This document shows positions 11,099-22,298 of a stretch of DNA of 28,168 nt, piece after piece. The notes under the pieces were generated by a model. The model did no database searches, was not told the DNA's origin, and saw only the letters and a list, made by a program, of their open reading frames with translations. Within the stretch, counting starts at the first letter, position 1. Every line of letters starts with the position of its first letter. The DNA is taken from positions 62,001 to 90,168 of the forward strand of contig JABANN010000060.1 in NCBI GenBank assembly GCA_013115125.1. Reading direction: 5' to 3'. The position numbers were made by a program, and so were the translations under genes. Source of the DNA: Perkinsus olseni. Taxonomy: Eukaryota.

Positions 11099-11968
11099 CC
11101 AATGGTAGTCTACCATCACTGCTGATATAAGTATGACGAGTGGGAAATCTAGTTGTTGAGATGAATTGAGCTTTTCCCGTTCACGATGCTCTGACGTATC
11201 CGGCAGCCTCAGAGTCCCTTTACTGATTCCGCTCGGATTGCGTGGATGCATTGCTTCGTGATTGGTCACAAGCCTATCAACTAGTCTCTTTCGCATCTTA
11301 GATTCGGTTGACGTTATGCTTTGAGTGGCATTCGAGTTCTTCACCGGTTAACAAGTGTCGCTAATCCCGTTTTGCTCCCCTCAGAGCTCACAGACAAACT
11401 CTCTCAAATTGTCAATTTCCTATCGAGGTTCCCTCGTTTCGATACTCACAGTCATCCTTCGTCTGCGACACCCGGCACTCCATCTGGGGCCCAGATTCTG
11501 AGCACTTCCCCACACAAAGTATTCAACGAAATTCGTCTTGAGTCTAGTCGAGTAACGAACAGAAGGGGTGCCCAGGCTCCAACTCGAAGACGCCGGGCCT
11601 GCGAAACACGTTCGTCGATGGGAGTTCACAGGCGCCGAGTTTCGTTCATAGGAGTTAGTTATGATAAAGCCAAACGCAGGACTCGCACATTTCGCAAAAC
11701 TCCCACGGTGGGAGTGTACTCACTCACGAGAACACAACAATTGAGAAGCTGCATCGACATGATTACCTTCAATGAAGATTCTTCAGTATATCAACAACGA
11801 CAACAACAACATCCTGTTTTCCGTATGTTGTCGTCTATTGATGACTACACAGGAGTCCAGAATATCGATAAATATGAATCCCTTTATCATGCATAGAAGG
11901 GTCGATTTGGTTGAAAAGCTACTCACTCTGCTAGACTGTGTGTCGGGGTGTAGACGGCCAGAAATTAT

Positions 11969-13137
11969 TCATCCCTGAGTCTCGTTCTCTTTGGACTGCA
12001 ACCGAGTACCACTAGTAGCCCTCACCGCCGTTTCCGAAGCCGCATGGAAAACTTCGCACAAATGATCAAAGTCTCCGAAGTGTTGGATAACAAGCTTCAT
12101 GGTAGCCGAGCATACCTCCTCGAGCTCCTCGATCGGAAGCTCGGTAGATGCGGTGTTAATGTTGTACCTTTCCCATGCTGAGAAACAACGTTTCATCGGC
12201 ACCGACTCTTCGTCGTCGTCTTCTTCAGGAAGACTTCTGACTTCATCGCCGTTGTCATCAAGGAAATCTCCATCCTCTTCATCATAAGGCGAATCGTCAG
12301 GTATGGAGTCACCGTAATCATCAGGCTGAAACTTTATCTCACTCGCCGCTATATCTAGTCTGTCTTTTAATCTCCATATACTGCTGATATCGATCACCCT
12401 GAGAGGGTCCAGGGCGGTGTTGTTCGGGAGGGTATGCTCGTCGAAACGGAATTCGGAAAAGTTCCCTTCTTGTGACCACTTTACGTACCTCACTATCTTG
12501 CGCGTGAAATAATCGTACCTGTAACACGAGAGGAAAAACAATAATTAAGTAAATTCCCGTAATCATTTTCAGTGATTTTCAGCATCCGTCACCGCCACTA
12601 AACATTCGGGAGCACTCACGTTGTATAAAATGCAGGCGGTTGTGAGCCTTGGGGCATTCAATACTGCTTGCATAGACAATACTGTCCCGAACTTCCATGG
12701 TAAACTCCGCTCGGGGATCAGCCATATCGTCGTAGTGGCAGAAAGTCGCGTTTACTTCGGTGTCGAAAATTGACGCTTTGCTCCACGCAGGATAACCCTG
12801 AGGGCAAAAGACACGTTGAACGACGCAGTCGAACAGCGTTAATCATTAACGGTTGATGATACACAACATGCTTCTCACAACCACACAACCTCTGCTGGCA
12901 GTCCAAAGAATGTTCAGGTATGATGAACTTGCGCGCGCAATGTTCGCTAGACGTGGTGAAGAGAAGGGAGCTATTATCGGCAGCCGAAAGTTCCCATCGG
13001 CTAGCATTCTCAATCGAAGAAGCTATTACATAAGTGAGGTGGTCGGGAGCGATTGCACCGATGGCAGCAACTTGGGGGAAGTTACAGAGTGCTGCAGCCG
13101 CAGTTGAAGTACTGACGATGAGTTGTTCTGGTGACAT
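11969..13137 (-). pseudogene. Tandem paralogue A of an uncharacterised, putatively secreted family; apparent 1-nt frameshift in exon 2
   Basis: Exons 13137-13030, 12797-12620 and 12518-11969 align with paralogue B. Exon 2 is 178 nt (1 mod 3), but the flanking intron phases need 2 mod 3. Adding one base near 12636 restores NRPAF as in paralogue B. Confidence 0.55.
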
Positions 13138-14954
13138 TAACGTAACCAGAGGAGAATGATAGCATTCGGGATTCTCTCCCGGTTGATCCAACTGCCCTGT
13201 CCTATGCTCGCGTGCTAATACTCCCAATCTTCGAGCCATATGTGGAATGGAACTCTGTCTATGTGCACGTGGTGGGCGCTCGCCAAGGGCGAGACAATAC
13301 TCCAGCAGTCGATCAGTCAGTGACTCCGAGGCTGCTGAGCTCCGAGGGGGGGGCCTTGCTGGGCCGTCGAAACAGGTGTTGTGAAGCGCTGTTTAAAGAA
13401 CAGGAAAGGGCATCCTGCTCTGGAAAGTGTCAATTAGGCTGTTGCGAGCTTCGGATACTAGGCAGCACGCGAATGCTTCTCATTCGTCGAACTAGAGTAC
13501 CTGAAGTAGGTACCGATTTGTCGAACGCTGACTCAGGAGCCGTGAGTTCTTTCTCCGCCGCTTGCTCGGCATGACATTTCGAAGCCCTTCGAACCAGACT
13601 GCACCACTTGATCTTCGACAATGGAAAGTTCAATCGAGCTTGCTTCCCATTCGTTTCGAGGTGTTAATCGACTCAGTCAACAGATTCTATTAACCAGTGT
13701 TGACTCCGACTAACAGTGTCAACTGACTGATCGACCCTCTTATCAACCGCAGAATCGGTAATGTGAATCCGGTGACTTGGCAGGAATTTTCAGGCGCACT
13801 AAGGCATAGCTACAGTCCGGTCGAAAAGTTTGTCCACAGACGATTTAAACGATTGGATATAGGTAGATCAAAACGAGGGCGGGCTCGTCACATCCAAGTT
13901 TGGTAGTTGTTCGATTGGTGTATTTCTCACAGAACAGCTCTAACTTCTCTTCAAACAAACTGATGCTTAGAATTTCTTCTGCACCCAAACCTTAATTCTC
14001 ACAGTGATCCTGCCCTCACCTGCATCTCTTTCTAACATTAAAGAAGAACTCTCCTTGACAGGATGTGCGAAATGGGAGGATACCTAGATCAGGAGTTCCG
14101 GTCAAGAAGCTGTCAACAAGTTCCAGTGATGGAAGGTGAGCCTATTCCAATTCCTTCACTGTAATGCAATTCCCGTGCTCCAGTGGTGGTCGCTCTGTGT
14201 TGGGTTCGCTGCGACTGGAAGCGCCGGCAGCCTGGTTGTTGACTGTCGCGTCATCCGAAACTCAGTGAGACTACCAGTAGTCCACTGTTTGGATCAATGG
14301 TCAGTCAGTGGCTATTATCTATGGCTCCGAGGCTGCGCGGGTCACCCAAACTTCAACTCTGACGGTCAGTAGGGCTGTCGAAATGATGATACCCTACACG
14401 AAGCCTGTGTAGCGTCAAGTGGTGAAACCTTGGTCGGTGACGCGCTTGCCTACGTGGCTATCTAGCTGTACTTCAGCTGTGTGCTGATTTAGTTTGTGAT
14501 CTGTCAGCGCCTATCCGTTACAGTGACGAGCAGTGGCTATTGTAGATCTCTATCTGCTAGTTTGGTGAGCGTGCTGGCTCAATTCGTCCACTCTCTGCCA
14601 CCTGGGTAGTGTTACTGTCAGCATCTTGGACATGCAATCCGCAGCTGTTGGTAGTTGGCAGTCGGACGACCTCAGATTTGATCGGAAGAGCCGGAGGAGT
14701 TTTGGGTGGGTTGCTGCGATCGCGCCTAGGTTGCAATGCGATATCTGATTGGAAACAATAACTCAACATAGAAATAGATTCTTTCCGAACATCACAATGA
14801 ACAACAGCTACAACGTCATGATGACGTCGTCGTCCTGTCTCACGAAATTATCATATCCACAGCCGACTGGATAGAAGGGAGACACTTCGGCAGTAATGGC
14901 ATCGTAGCATCCTTCCGAGGGAAGCAGAATCCCATCGCGTGGCGCATCCAAGCG

Positions 14955-15958
14955 CTACACACTTACGTGCTCTATGGGGATCACCGTGTATACCCTGGAA
15001 CCAACCGTGTTCTCTATGAACTGCCAACCAGCACGCCTAGCAGCACTCAGTGCTGCTTGCGAGGCTTCGTAGAGCACTCCGCACAAAGAATCAAAACCCC
15101 CAAAGTTTTCCTTGACCAGCTTCATCGCCGCCGAGCATACTTCCTCAAGCTCCTCGATGGGAAGCTCGGTTGATGCGATGACGGGGACGTTCTTCTCAAT
15201 AGCGTCGAACTGATGGCGAAACGGCCCCGAGCCCTCATCATGGTCCTCTTCTTCATAATAATCGTAATCATCGGGTTCGAATTGTACCCTACTCGCCGCT
15301 AAGTCTAATCTATCCGTCACTTCGCGTAGGCTGCTAGTGTCGATCGTCCGAAGCGGATTGATGCCGGTGTTGTTCGGCAGGGGATGCGTGGTGTCATCAT
15401 AGTCGAAGTTGTAAATAGAAGAGTTCAGTGAATGCGGCCCTTGTATGAACCGCGTGAGATGGGCTGTGTAATAGGAGTATCTACAACACGAAAGGAAAGA
15501 TATCCATCGAGTGTGCCAGGAGCATCAGGTTCGATCTCAGTATTCGTTGCAGCTGCCTAGCATTCTCCACTCTCACTGTGCACGGAATGCCGGCCGATTA
15601 TGGCTCTTCGGAAAATTGATGCTGCCGGTGTGAGCTTTGGCATCCTCAACCACTATTTCTAGATGATTAATAGCCATTGGGAGTTCCCCGGTAATACTGT
15701 AGATGTAGCGGGTACTGTAGAGGCAGAGGGTCTTGTTCCACCAGGTATCGAAAAATGAGGACTTGTTCCACGGAGGGTAATCCTGAGAATGGCAGTCTCG
15801 TGAGGCGACTCAGTGTTGCCATCGGCCTCTCTCGAAAAATTTCTTACACAAATGGAGTTGTCAGGGGAGATCGAGCCGACGGCAGCAGCAAGAGGAGGAC
15901 TCAGAGATAATGCAACAGCAGCGGCCGAGCCTCTGACGAGCAGCCGTTTAGGTGACAT
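14955..15958 (-). CDS. Tandem paralogue B of the same family, intact; a short extra 3' exon ending near 14840 is possible
   Basis: MSPKRLLVRGSAAAVALSLSPPLAAAVG (signal-like); introns 15783-15847 and 15481-15576. Shares LPNNT..DPLR.ID.SS, DRLD.AAS, F.PDDY and ASTELPIEELEEVCSA.MKLV with paralogue A. Confidence 0.7.
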
Positions 15959-17123
15959 AAACACAGCGAGCTGGTCATGATATCATCGCGAGTGCTTCCG
16001 AGCTATTGGCCCAACAACGTCCGTAGCATCTCCCCCTATCGCAACCTCACGCGCGCTCGGCGAGCTACGTTCATCACGGAATTCCATCTATCCTTGGAAA
16101 ATGCATGCGCCATTCTGATCGATCTCGCGGGGGCTGACCCTCGAGCAAAACATATTCCGCCCGGCAAAATCAACGTCGTCGAGCGTGCCGTGATAGGTGG
16201 TCTGAAAACGGAGGATTCTGCCCTCTAACAAACTCGAGACGATCAGCATTGCGGGAAGCCATTCAATGGCGACCATGTTGTCTGTTGCCACACCTTTCCA
16301 TGTGATCACAGCCACTAGGGCGTACGACAACCTCGACCCATACGGTGAGAGTGTCACCAATGGTGTCCCTCGTCTGATATGAGTCACACCAGATGTGAGA
16401 CTGACGAGCTTCGAACAGCAGAGAGATGACTTCACCTTACTGTCACTGCGTGTCTGCAGGAGATTCAAGCCAACTCGCTTCGCATATTACTATGATAGAG
16501 CTAAGATATCATATAGATTCTTCACGAAGAAGGACTGAAAACTTAAGTCCACCATATCCTCGATAGCCATAAAGTTCATTCTTCAAAATGGAAACGCTGC
16601 CCACTATATCGTGCCCCCCTGACCAGAGCGCGCGTTAGCGACAACGTAGTGGTAGTTTTATTGCGTGATAAGCCACTTGAAGTATCATCATTGGTTTCGG
16701 AACCTCGGAAACCTTGTACTCGTGCCTGATGCTTCTCTCTAGTATACTCACCCTTAAGTTCAATGGCGGTATCTTATCCAGCGATACCTGGCCTCGCCCA
16801 GACGGGTCGAGGAGGATGGCTGTCAGCTAATCTGACAATCCTAGTGTACTCGATGACCATTGGCCCCCACCCTTCCCTCCCAGGGGTTGATCGGTCCGAT
16901 CAGATCGGCCACATCGCGCGTTCGGATACCATAACTCTGACCAGGCGGGCCTTTTAAGGCGCTCCCAGCCATACCGGAATAGAGGTCACCGATCCGAGGC
17001 GGATTACAGTACTGCTCCGGGCCGTGATGTAACTCGATGCAGCAGAAGGAACTAGAAAACGATTCGTCATCGGATAATTTCACACTCACCACGATGATCC
17101 ATGAGTAACACACACGATAACCA

Positions 17124-18592
17124 TCAACGATCAGCCGCAATGATCATCCTCAACTTGGAGGGCTGATCTCGGAAAGACAGTCTGCCGAGCTCATCCAACT
17201 CCTCATCCGTCAAAGTGCTGGCAGCATCCTGTATACTGAAGGCGATGTGTTGTGCAATGAACTGTTCACGAGACTTGCCAAAGTACATCTCCTGACCAGA
17301 TTCTCTAAGATACCCCTCAGTAGGATTGGTGATAACATCAGCTTGTGTCACAGGATGGTCATAAGCTAGAGTCTGGCCGGAGATACAGCCGTCGTTGGTA
17401 GCCGGCCTCTGTGCACCGTCCATCATGGAGATCACTGAGGACCCAGGGATACGCTGCACTCGGACGGCCATCCCATCAGGAGACGGATGACGGGTCTTCT
17501 CCAGAGAAATCGAGGAGCCCGATTCGATGTGTATGAGACCATGAGACTCCACGTCAAGGTCCTTCAGGTCAACGTTGAAATCTCCCACCACCACACAAAG
17601 CCCGGGCGGGGCGCGGCTCCACAGATGTCTTACAGCCTTAGCGATTTCTTCCAAGTGCGTTCTGTAACGAGGATCTCCCGGAGAGGCCCTCCACACCAGA
17701 TGACAGTTACATATCTGTCAACAGTTCCATGATACCACCGCAACGCTCCGCTCAGCCTACCCGAGTCGGGGCGAGATCGGCTCGCCTGAGCGGCGGCCAG
17801 AGATCTACACACGCTGTCCTCTCTAGGGGAAGATCCGTGACCCTTGCACCCTTGAACACTCTCTCGTCCCAGACGACGACGTTACCCAGCGAATGCGTTA
17901 AGGCAGCAAACTCGAAGCGAATCGTCCCTGGGATATTCACGACTGTCCGACCTGATAAGTGTCAGCCAAACTACTCTCTGGAAGTGACTGTTGCAATTTT
18001 GCAACAAACTCCTCCCGCAGGAGATGATTTGTCGAGAACTCCTGTAGACAACAAACTGCCGTTGACGGATATTGTAGGAAGAACTCTCTCACAACGTGCA
18101 AGGCCGGGCCCAGGATACCTGCGCGGATCTCGGGCAGAAGCAAGAGAGGCACTCGATGCTGTTTTACGCCTGGCATATTCTTCGATATTCTCGTTCTTGC
18201 TGAAAGCGTTGTTACGATGCTCTCTAATCCTATCGAAGCGAGCCCGCGTCATCACATTCCACGTCATGACGGGGATGGACGGGTGCACCCAATACACCTG
18301 AGAGGGACCAAGCCTTCAAGCTTGCATCCATCGCTTGACGTTCGCTGACCTGCGGAAAGTGATCCGAAACCTCTTGCGTCACCGTGTCGACGCGCAGCAA
18401 GGAGCTCCGAGGAACGCGTCGTCGATTGGAACTGCTGGCGGCAACTCCCCGCTTATTGTGGACATTGCCTGCTGCGTTCCAAGGTGGGCTCTCAAGTGGG
18501 AACATCGAGCGATATGGTAATTCGGTTGCATGGTCGAATCGGTCCTCGGGTACTTCGCGAGCCGCTTCTGCAGCCACCGCGCGAGTGAACAT
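17124..18592 (-). CDS. Endonuclease/exonuclease/phosphatase (EEP, DNase I-like fold) protein, 5 exons
   Basis: Introns 18298-18349, 18119-18167, 17911-17951 and 17715-17760 give one open frame with SDHFP...VMTWNVM...VCCLQEF...GNVVVW...ICNCHL...VVVGDFNVD...PDG. Confidence 0.75.
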
Positions 18593-19370
18593 ACAAAACT
18601 CGTATCAGAACTACAGTCGGCTGAGCAGGAGGCTGGTAGTTGCGGATGCCGAGGGGAAGCAAGATTGACGCCCATCCACCATGATACACGATAGGCGTAA
18701 TGGCAGACTGAGCCGAGACTATCAAGAGACTATCATCAACATCCGTCATTCTTTTTATGATGGTAAATTCCTCGACAGTCACGAATCGAAACCCGAACTC
18801 ATCGTGACTCACGATGAGTGGACAATCGTCGTGGCAAGAAAACCTGTCAATTGGTACGGTTCCCAGAACCAACTGGCTGGCGCCCCCTTCTGGGAGAAGG
18901 TAGTGGCGCGAGGGATTGAAAGTGTTTGACTCTCAACACGAGACTATTTTTCGAGAATACTCGTGAAGTTTAGTTTAAATAGAAAATTGTGGTCACCAGC
19001 TGTTGACGACATCAAAACGAGCTGACAGAAATGTACAAGCAGCAGCACTTCTTTCGACGATCACTCATGCTGACCAACGTCAGTTTCCGACGGGCGAGGT
19101 GAAGATGACGAGAGTCGTAATACACCTCAACCGATGGAGTGCAAAGAGATTGATGGCCAGGATGAGCCGCGGATAAGACTTAGACGAAAAGGGCCAATGT
19201 CCGGCAGAGGTTGGACCTTGCAGCAGCGCGGTGGAATTCATGAATGACGGTCGCCAGAGCAACAGACCAACGTAAGCTGGACACACCGATTCGGAGTGAG
19301 AGGCCCCTAGACACAAAAACCATAAGATTCTCCTGTGGTCCGTCCACATCAAGGTGGACGATGAGACAAT

Positions 19371-21880
19371 CTACTCACACGGCGTAGAAGAAGTGTAGAA
19401 CAACAAGCGGCCGCCCTTGGACAGCTCTGAACGAGCCAGGCGCCGATCGCTCAACACAATATGAGCATCACTTTCACGTGATATTGGTCTGCGAGGCCAA
19501 CCGCCCCGTATCGAACCATGAGCAGACACCCCATACGGCACACTTGAATCGAAGGCTGACGACGCATTATCCTCAGTGGACTCCATCGGCGATGATGGAT
19601 ACCAGTGGACCTCACAGACGTACGGGCTCGGAGTCGTAGCAGAACATCCATCCCTACGGACATTCTCAACCCGCAGCAGTCTTCCCTCACCGGGTAGGGC
19701 GATTGAGAAGTCGCCCCTGATTAGCGGAGAAAATATGAGTAGTTCGTCGGCTCCAAAGTCAATCTCGTAGAGTCCGAGTCCAGCATTAAGCATGAACCAA
19801 GCGGCCATCTCACCGTTGTCCTCATCTCCCGGCCACCCTTCAGGGCTGTAGAGCTCCCGTAAGACTCTCTCCATGTACTTGTCAGCAACAGTGAAGCATC
19901 CCGCGGCCACAGCGACGCCCAAGACGTGATGAGAGGGTTGATTGTTGTGACCGTACTGGCCAAAGTCTTCGCTTGTCAGCGACATCTCCGTCTCCTCGTG
20001 GATCACACCGCGGCCGTCGGCCGTATAAACAGGAGTCACCTGCTTCGTGAAGTGTTCCTCTATTTGCCCACACAGCGCGTCTTTACCACCATACTTTGAA
20101 ACGAGGAAGTCGGTGTTCGCAGGCGCGTAGAAACGATACTGTAACGCTGATGCCTCAGTAAAGTACGCGTCCGACCATGAGGTTGGGTTCATCTTTAGCC
20201 ATTTCCCGTGGGTGTCGAGAGGTTCGAACAGTTTATTCTGTGGATTGAAGGACTTCTCTAAGGCTTTCTCCGCCCTCTTCCTCAGAATCTCCGCATCACT
20301 GTGATGGCCCAGTACTGTGGCCGCAGCGGCGATAGTCGAATCGGCGAAGGCGTAATTCAATCCGCGTGATACAACCTCAGACAAACCACCATGAGCAGCC
20401 ATGAATCTAAACAAAAGATCGGCCGCACATGTTTTGGTCTCTGACGTTCGGGCTACTCACCCATGTTGAGCATACCCCTGAAGTCCCTGCCGGCCGTACA
20501 AGGATCCCGCTGAAGGCTCCTCGAACGCATCCCTCCTAATAGCTGCGTACATCTCCTCCGCCAAATGCGACGACTTGTTAGCGACAATGGCCCAGGCAAA
20601 AACCTTAGAAATGCAAGAACGTCCGATCGGGGCAAAAACAGCGCCAAGCTGCCATAAGGTATTACCACATCACCCATCGTCCCGACCATGGATCCTCGCT
20701 GACCAGGAGACGCCCACGTCGGCAACCATCCAGCTTCCTTATAAGCATTCACCCATCCTTCTAGAAGACGGTCTAGTATCTCCGGAGCTACGAAACTTAT
20801 CCAGAGATACACCGTTCGGTAGGCGTCCCAGAAGCCGCTGTCAGTAGATAACTCTCCCGGCATCACACGGCCATTGTAAGGGCTGTAGTGCACGACCTGA
20901 TCTTGTTCATCATATTCACCCAGCAGTCGGGGGAACAGCTGAGTACGGTAAAAATTGGTATAAAAAATTCTCAAAAATCTAGAGCTTTGCTTTGTCCCAG
21001 CGAACCGGATAACACTGAGACGATCGCGCCAGATGGCTTCACCTTCCATCACGACCGAGTCGAAGGCTTTGCAAGGAGGTAGCTCTCTGTCCAGGTTAGA
21101 CTGGGCCTGCTCGTCCGATATAAAAGACGTAGCGACGCGGAGATGCACTGTCAGCCTGTCAGAATTCTCCGTGGTATCGTAGTCCAACGCAATCGACCCA
21201 TCCAGATTGTGCATGCGTGACGGCGCTGGGTCGACCACCCCTCGGATGAACATGGCAAAGCCATGAGGCACGCCACCGTTGTTTACACTGGTCCTGGTGG
21301 CAAAGTTCCCATCCTTACCCAGCACGACTGGTGTCGAAGAATTGCCGTCCACGATTCTCACTAGCACCCTAGAGTTCATTCCCGGCGGGAACGAGAATCG
21401 GAAGAAAGCGGCGTGCTCGGTAGGGGTCATCTCCATTCTGACGCCACCCATGGCGGAAGCCTTGAAGTCGGGTAAGAGTGCTGATGACTTGAAGTAGTGA
21501 GGTTTGTAGGTCGTTTGCAGAGGAGCGAAAGACACACTCGTCTGTGAGCGGTCGAAGGCTTGCGGGGATACCAAGGCGTTGACGAGGAAGTAGCCATAGT
21601 CACCGATCCACACCGAGGGTTGATGCGTGCACCGCACGCCATAGAAGCTGCGTGAGCTAGGGTCGAAGTAGCGACTGCCTTGTGTATCTGGTTGAGTCTG
21701 AACTGACCAATGATTGAACCCAAAAGGCCGACCCATGAGTGGCGTCTCGCCCCCTGTGGAGAGCTCGTAGGAGTTCGAGGTTCCCGCCAAAACGTTAACA
21801 TACTCCAGAATCCCATCTCCTAGAGAGATGCTCAGCATGGCGGCCTTCAAGAAGAGGATGATTCCTATATGCTTAGGCAT
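19371..21880 (-). CDS. Glycoside hydrolase family 92 (alpha-mannosidase), secreted, 2 introns
   Basis: Signal-like MPKHIGIILFLKAAMLSISLG, then YVNVLAGT, PFGFNHW, THQPSVWIGDYG, FYTNFYR, GFWDAYRT, SMVGT, FTEAS, YGHNNQPSHH and PGDEDNGEMAAW. Introns at 20604-20665 and 20407-20460. Confidence 0.93.
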
Positions 21881-22298
21881 AGGAGGATAATCCCGAAAGC
21901 TGACATCAAAGAGGTAAGAATACAACACCAGTATCTCGTAACATTCCGCGCCTTGTCCCTCAAGTCCAGCTTTTTACGATTCTTTGAAAACCCGCGCACA
22001 CCTAGGCCGGAGAGAAAAGCCGCATGAAAAGCGGAGCGAAGCCGGACGGTCCTGACGGTAAATTTCTGTTCATGATAGTTCAATAGGTGACGGCGAGAAC
22101 AACAATGAAGAAAGTTGCGGGTAACCTACTGTAGCTCAGGGATGAAGCATGAAAGTTATGGTAAACCTGAAAGGACGAGCGAGGGATCGTACCGGTAACA
22201 GTCACAGGACGGCCGCTGTGAGGGACACGAAACTCCAAACGGAAGCACACAGAGGAAGAAACACCAGTGATGATACATAAACGGGCACAAATGGTTCA

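Noticed and set aside
11083..11194. Box C/D snoRNA (GTGATGA ... CTGA)
   Set aside because: The box C candidate is buried in a hairpin; no terminal stem or identifiable guide sequence.
11321..11896. 191-aa + strand ORF
   Set aside because: GTG start, no recognisable motif or codon bias, and opposite to the local gene direction.
13665..13735. Nested short inverted repeats (AGTCAACA/TGTTGACT, TCAGTCA/TGACTGA)
   Set aside because: Stems of 6-8 bp are too short to distinguish from chance without a computation.
16088..17140. Short - strand ORFs between paralogue B and the EEP gene
   Set aside because: No convincing exon chain or motif could be built.
17124..18301. EEP fragments as a frameshifted LINE endonuclease
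   Set aside because: All frame changes are resolved by ordinary 41-52 nt GT-AG introns, and no reverse transcriptase lies downstream.
19371..21928. GH92 split into two ORFs (pseudogene or two genes)
   Set aside because: Two short introns join the pieces into one intact frame.
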